From: Octopus vulgaris
Taxonomy: Eukaryota
Direction of reading: 5' to 3'
Assembly: GCA_951406725.2 (NCBI GenBank)
Contig: OX597832.1
Location: 15,190,001-15,254,000 of the forward strand
Length of the DNA: 64,000 nucleotides
Part shown: positions 57,150 through 64,000 of the stretch, piece after piece
Numbering within the stretch: the stretch's first letter is position 1
Layout: each line of letters begins with the position of its first letter
Position numbers and translations under genes: made by a program
Notes under the pieces: generated by a model
What the model saw: the letters and a program-made list of their open reading frames with translations, nothing else
The model's database searches: none
Told to the model about the DNA's origin: nothing

Positions 57150-57550
57150 AAAAAGAAAAGTCGAACTGAGTGGAATTTGAACTCAGAATGTGAAGTTGGA
57201 TCAAGTGCCGCTATGCATTTTGCCTAGCATCTTAAAGATTATGTCAGCCGTAGCCCTGCCCTTGCGTGATAGATTCGAGTCATCCATACTAGAATTTCAG
57301 TCTAGCAATAGTGCTATCATGGGAACACCTAATATTGACTTCAAATTGTGGCAAACGCCCAAAAATTGGAGAGGGGGAGATAAATGGATTATATTGACTC
57401 CCAATGTTCGACTGTTGTCATTTTAGTATACCCTGAAAGGGGAAAAGGAAGTGACAAGCGCGTTGGACCTTGATCACAGAATGTAAACACGGACGAAATC
57501 CCTCTAAGCCTCTTGCCTGGCGTGACAACGACCCGGCCACTTCGGCGCCT
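57150..57550 (-). mobile_element. Decayed family A SINE fragments
   Basis: aaagtcgaactgagtggaatttgaactcagaatg; ccctgaaagggg...cacagaatgtaaacacggacgaaat. Confidence 0.6.
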
Positions 57551-59002
57551 TCCGTTATATTATTAATATTAAATAGAGAAGTCTATCAACGAATGCTTTT
57601 ATTTTGTGTAATAGATATTTATAGTTTATATATTCTTCTGCATTTTACCGAATCATGTTATATTTTAATTCTAATTATCTATTACTAGTGTACCTAAGCC
57701 TGTTGATTGACTGTTTGTATTTAATAAATTCTGTTGCGTTTTGCTTTCAATTTAAATGGGGCAACAAGTTCTAATGCATACATTTACATAAAAAAACAAA
57801 TTGGTCAGTGAACGGTGGCCTTTAATTTGTGTATACAGAAATATATATAAAATTTGTGCATATCTCTATTCCTTTAAATTGTGTGAAATAGATATACGAT
57901 ATAATTGCAAATGAAGGTTATACAAATTATTCATAAATTATTTCTGTGTGAAATTACTGTCCTGTTGGTAAAATGTTGCATGTGTTCCTGCAACTTATTA
58001 ACCTTATTACATTTTATAGTTGTAGTTGTATTCTTCAGCTGAAATGCTGAAATATTTGTATGCTCTGTCTGATTAAGACAGATTTGTTCGAAAACATTGA
58101 AAAGCTGAAAATTACCTTCATTTATCTTCCAGCATAATTCATTTACACAAATTGATGTCATTATACAATGTTATAATTATAGATAACTTTATCGCTTAGA
58201 ACATACATATTAGAAAACGTATTATTTCATCGTAAGTAATATGTAGATTTTCTTTACAGATTAAGACTTACTGCTATATAACCAACTGTCCAACTATCAA
58301 ATCAGTCATTTATAACAAATATAAATTCAAACTTTTATTTCTAAGTATCCGATTGAGGACGGTCAACTCGATTACATCAACCTCCAGATGAATGGAAAGT
58401 TGACCTCGGATAAATTGGATCTCAGAAGATAAAGGGTAACGAAATGCCAATAAGCACTATCTGCAGCCTATCAAAAATTCTACCGGCTTATTTTTATTTC
58501 TAAACATCGATTCGTTTTAGATATCGAATCAAATGTTCTGGACTTCCACAGTCATGCAAGTACGCAAAATAACTCTCTGCGTGTTTACGAATAGACCTCG
58601 TATATGATATGACCCTAAAACACAGATATCTAATAGTTTCGCTTATTTTCTTTCTACGACCTAGTTATGAGAAATACATTTTCATTCTTTAGCTTTGCTA
58701 AGAGATTTCAAAACATATAATACCAACTTTCTTGTAAGAAACATACACATATGTATCCTCCTATATGCATGTTAAACTGCGAACATATATGCCTGCATAA
58801 TAATTGTGTCAACATAATAATTACATAGTGTCAAGTTCTGGTCTCGGCGGGACATTTATATTTTGCATAGTTTTATATTCAACAGTCCAAAGATGAGCAA
58901 AAACGAACTTAAACACGCCACGCACTCATATTATCAATCGCAAACGCACAAATTCACCCACATACATGCATACGCACACACACACACACACACAGTATTT
59001 TT

Positions 59003-59076
<74 letters not shown>

Positions 59077-61415
59077 TATATATATATTCATATGTATGCG
59101 TATGAGACATATACATACACCTATGCAAGAGTATGTACTTTTCATGAAATATTGGATAGAATCTATATGGTCTAACTACAGTGGAGGTGATGATGATTTC
59201 GATTTTGTTTTAAATTATTGAGTGATAAAGATAAATTAAAGAGAGTGATATACTATTGACAATCATATCATTTATTTATATTATAATTTTCCTCAGTTTC
59301 TTAGTTTATTTCTATGTGATATATATTTATAATAGCTGATCCAATGCCCTCAGAATTACGGCTAATAAGAACAAAAGACAGAATATGGATGGTAATTTAA
59401 ATTAATACACTGAATGTTATGTAGTGGTTATATTTTGAGATTTGACATCGGTTATCATTTGTTACTGAAATAACGCTGTTTCAGACATATAAACGTTTAC
59501 ATAATGCCCTTGAACACGCACACACATATACTTACATAGAGTTGAAAGACAGTGTTATTTTCTTTTCAGCGTTGACAGTTCACCATATCATTTCCATTGT
59601 ATACACACACACACACACGCACACGCAGACGCACACACATACTCACACACACATACACACAAACATTCACATACCCCCCTTTTACATACAAACACATATA
59701 CTCACACAAAGTTGAAACATTGTCTGAGTTTCTCTTTTTATCGTCGTAGAATTTCCATCATCCCACTACTAAGTTTACCATTACCCCCCTACTTTTTTAT
59801 TAAGTTATCATAGATTCCTTTCTTATTCTTATGTTGTAACGGAGAAAATACATAAGTATTATTATAGCAATTTCTTTACGGCAACGAAAATAAGCATTTG
59901 TTTTAAGACATGAGGCTAATTTTGTGGTAGTATTTTTAAATTCACACAGAAGTTTTACAATTTAACATGTTGACAGCTAATTTGCATTGTAGGAAATGAG
60001 TAACAGTCTCCCATGAAGGCAGTATTTTTATATACTAGTCGGAGATACATAGTATCACGTATTAGTCAAATTATTCTACCTTTAAAACATTAAACTATTA
60101 CCAGCTATATTGAAATTTCGATATGTGAAATGATTTTTATCTTACACAGGAGGCAATATATTATTGCTCATCCTACCTATGATGGAGCTGTGTGCGTCTG
60201 TGTCTTTGCATGCGAAGTATGTATAAGGTATCAGGGATTTCTTGAGCTACAAAGAATTGATTTAAAAGAATATATTTCAGATTGCGTATATCTACAAAAT
60301 ATCTCCCCTATGAAGATATTTAATGAACAACTTAAACATGACATATTTTTCATAAACATAAATGTTGTGCAAAATAAAAATATATTATCATCACAATGCA
60401 GTGAATTTAAGATGTGCGTTTCCTAACGAATTTACAGACAAACTTTCAATTTGGAATTCGAAGTTGATGGATGCATACATTTGACATGACACCACTAAGC
60501 CGTGTCAGTAACTAGTGTTCATATGAACTTGTGATATTTTGATAGTTGAATCGTTTGAATCGTCTCCTGAGCTATGTATCGACTGCAATCGTATGATTAA
60601 CAAATTCCAATGCAGATTAAACCAAAGTGTATCATTGATACAATTACTAGCTTATGCTGCTGAATAACATTTTCACTACATTTCATTATATTCATCAGTT
60701 ACATTTAAACACTTGCAGAATATAGCGTGTGGAGAATATTAGCATAACAATGCACATCATACTCTTTATTCCATGATTACGGAAGCGAAATACTGATTTG
60801 GTTGATTAAGAAATTTCTCACAGTAGAGCTTTATATATCAGATTAAATATAAAAAGAAATAGTGAATAATCATCTCCTGAACAGAAATTTTAGGCTTCCT
60901 ATTCAGATATTGTTAGAGATAACTTAACAAATCGTTCTATAGAACAAATATGAAGAATTCATATTAACTGTTATGTACAAGTACTCTTAGCTAAGAATAA
61001 GATTGAATCTCATTCGCTGTTATTTGCACTATACAAGAAGAAACTCATTAAACTGAATGACTAGGAAATTACTGGAAGTAGCCAATACATTAGCTGTCAA
61101 TAAAACAGTGGATGAGATATTGACACCGATACATGTTTTCCAGACACCTGAGCAATATTATATGTGTAATGTTTTGATTAACGGGACAGTTATATTTATG
61201 TGAATATATATATGCAATATCAGCTAACTATAATTGAAAACTTCCAATAATGTTCAGTGTGGACGTGTTTATGTCACTATAATTACCGTTGGTGCTACAT
61301 CTGCTACAGGTTTTCCAGGAGGTTAATGGTAAACAATAAATCGACAATTATTAAAGAATATTTAGCACATTCATTTGAAAACAAACAAACATACTACTAC
61401 TACTACCACTACTAC

Positions 61416-61448
<33 letters not shown>

Positions 61449-61475
61449 CAAAATGAGAGAATGGAGAAACATACA

Positions 61476-62301
<826 letters not shown>

Positions 62302-62829
62302 AGAGTGAAGCAATTATGCGGATAAACAAAGATTGCCGATGTGAAATCGTGTGTTGAAACATATTGTTGCATTCTTTTGTGCCAAATTAACACATGCAAG
62401 TTATGTTAGTTCTTCACTTGTTTATAGTTACTCTTATTTTATGCCCATTGTCTGGAAACATTTCGTCACACATCTGTGCCAGCTTCAACAACCCTCCATT
62501 CAAAGTGTCCACACTTGTTCTGTTTAGCCGTTTAGAAAAGCCGAAACAGAACAGCATGCTCTGGATGGAGGTTCGCTAAAGAGGTTACGGACGTATATCA
62601 AGAAAACTTTCGATACACACCTTAATCTGTTTACAGAATAAAAATAATAAAGAAGCGAACGACGAAAATGTAGTATATATATATATATATATATACATAT
62701 GTATGTGTGTGTATGTGTGCATCTATATATATACATGTACAATTCGTCTCAAAATCTTCATCCTTTGCATTCATTCACTCACACGCACACACGCATAAAA
62801 AAAACGTACACACTTATATATACAGATAT

Positions 62830-62872
<43 letters not shown>

Positions 62873-63018
62873 TACAGAGCCTGGATTTCTCTTAGAGACA
62901 CACTTTAAGGGACTGGTCTTTCCAAAAGATATGGGAATCTAAATTCAAAGCGCTTGAAGGCGACAAAGTGTTTCCTTTATCGAGAATCTCTGGATCACAT
63001 CTGTTGGCCTTATACATG

Positions 63019-63077
<59 letters not shown>

Positions 63078-63146
63078 GCATATGTATATATATAATTATA
63101 TATATTTATAGATATACATATATGTATATATGAAGGCACATGTGAA

Positions 63147-63480
63147 GGCACATGGCCCAGTGGTTAGAGCATTGAGCTCAAAATAGTGGGGTTATGAGTT
63201 AGATTCCCGGACCGGGCTGCGTGTTGTATTCTTGAGCAAGACACTTTATTTGACATTGCTTCAGTTCACTCAGTTGTAGAAATGAGTTGCGATGTCACTG
63301 GTGCCAAGCTGTATCGGTCCCTTTGCTTTTCCCTTGGATAACACTGGTAGTATGGAGAGGGGAGGCCGGTATACATGGTCGACTGCTGGTCCTCCATAAA
63401 CAACCTTGCCCAGACTTGTGCCACGGAGCGTAACTCTGTAGGTGCAATCCCATGGCCATTCATGACTGAAGGGTGTCTTA
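63147..63480 (+). mobile_element. tRNA-derived SINE (family C) with A-rich tail
   Basis: ggcacatggcccagtggttagagc (A box) ... gagttagattcccggaccggg (B-box-like); head resembles that of 8882-9262. Confidence 0.75.
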
Positions 63481-64000
63481 AAAAAAAAAAATATATATAT
63501 ATACATAAATACATACATACATACATCTATATATATATATTTGTGTAGGGAGAGAGAGAGAGAGGCAGAGAGACATATATATGCATGCTCACGTATAATG
63601 AGCATGCATATACATTATATATATGTACGCTTGTGTTCGAATATACCAATGTGTAATGCATAAAATGTAGAACATGACAAACAGTGCATAAGCTTTGAAT
63701 ATAAATAATCTGATGTCATGAAATACTTTATTAGATACTACTGGATGATAGGTGTAAAATATCAGTGAATTTCCCTAACCTGGGCTGCCGAAGTGTATAC
63801 GCGGACTGAGGTAGTTATAGGAATTGACTATACGAATAAAATTATTCTTCTGAGCAGACTTTAGAGCAACAAATACCAAGACTTGGTTCCCACAAAAAGC
63901 GATAAACTGTAGCATACCGTTTTGTTTCTTCTTTATATATGTTGAAAAGCATTTGGCGGGGATTTCGTAATCTTGAAGTTTGATATCTGAGACCTGTAGT

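Noticed and set aside
62335-62372. ccgatg...GAAACatattgtt as an HHR
   Set aside because: Core lacks GA at positions 8-9 and stem II does not pair

Overview
AT-rich, gene-poor animal genomic DNA, dense in (TA)n/(CA)n/(TAA)n/(TAG)n microsatellites. The tRNA-derived SINE families resemble those I recall from Octopus genomes; this is an inference, not a search result. I found no convincing host protein-coding gene, tRNA, rRNA or CRISPR array, and most ORF-track entries are microsatellite translations. Recognisable coding remnants are all transposons: a Tc1-type transposase (~2.1-3.0 kb, minus), an RTE LINE fragment (~4.5 kb), a BEL/Pao pol remnant (18.5-20.3 kb, minus) and two R4/Dong non-LTR fragments inside (TAA)n (22.7-24.3 kb). 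The most interesting signal is a set of small non-coding, structured elements in or beside (TA)n tracts that carry hammerhead-ribozyme (HHR) motifs. The best copy (61585-62247) is a 591-bp unit with a 72-bp terminal direct repeat, a complete type I HHR fold with a variant core and a candidate 73-nt intron, i.e. a retrozyme-like or non-autonomous Penelope-like element. A diverged, internally inverted relative, three minimal HHR-like elements and three fold-back elements also occur in the window.
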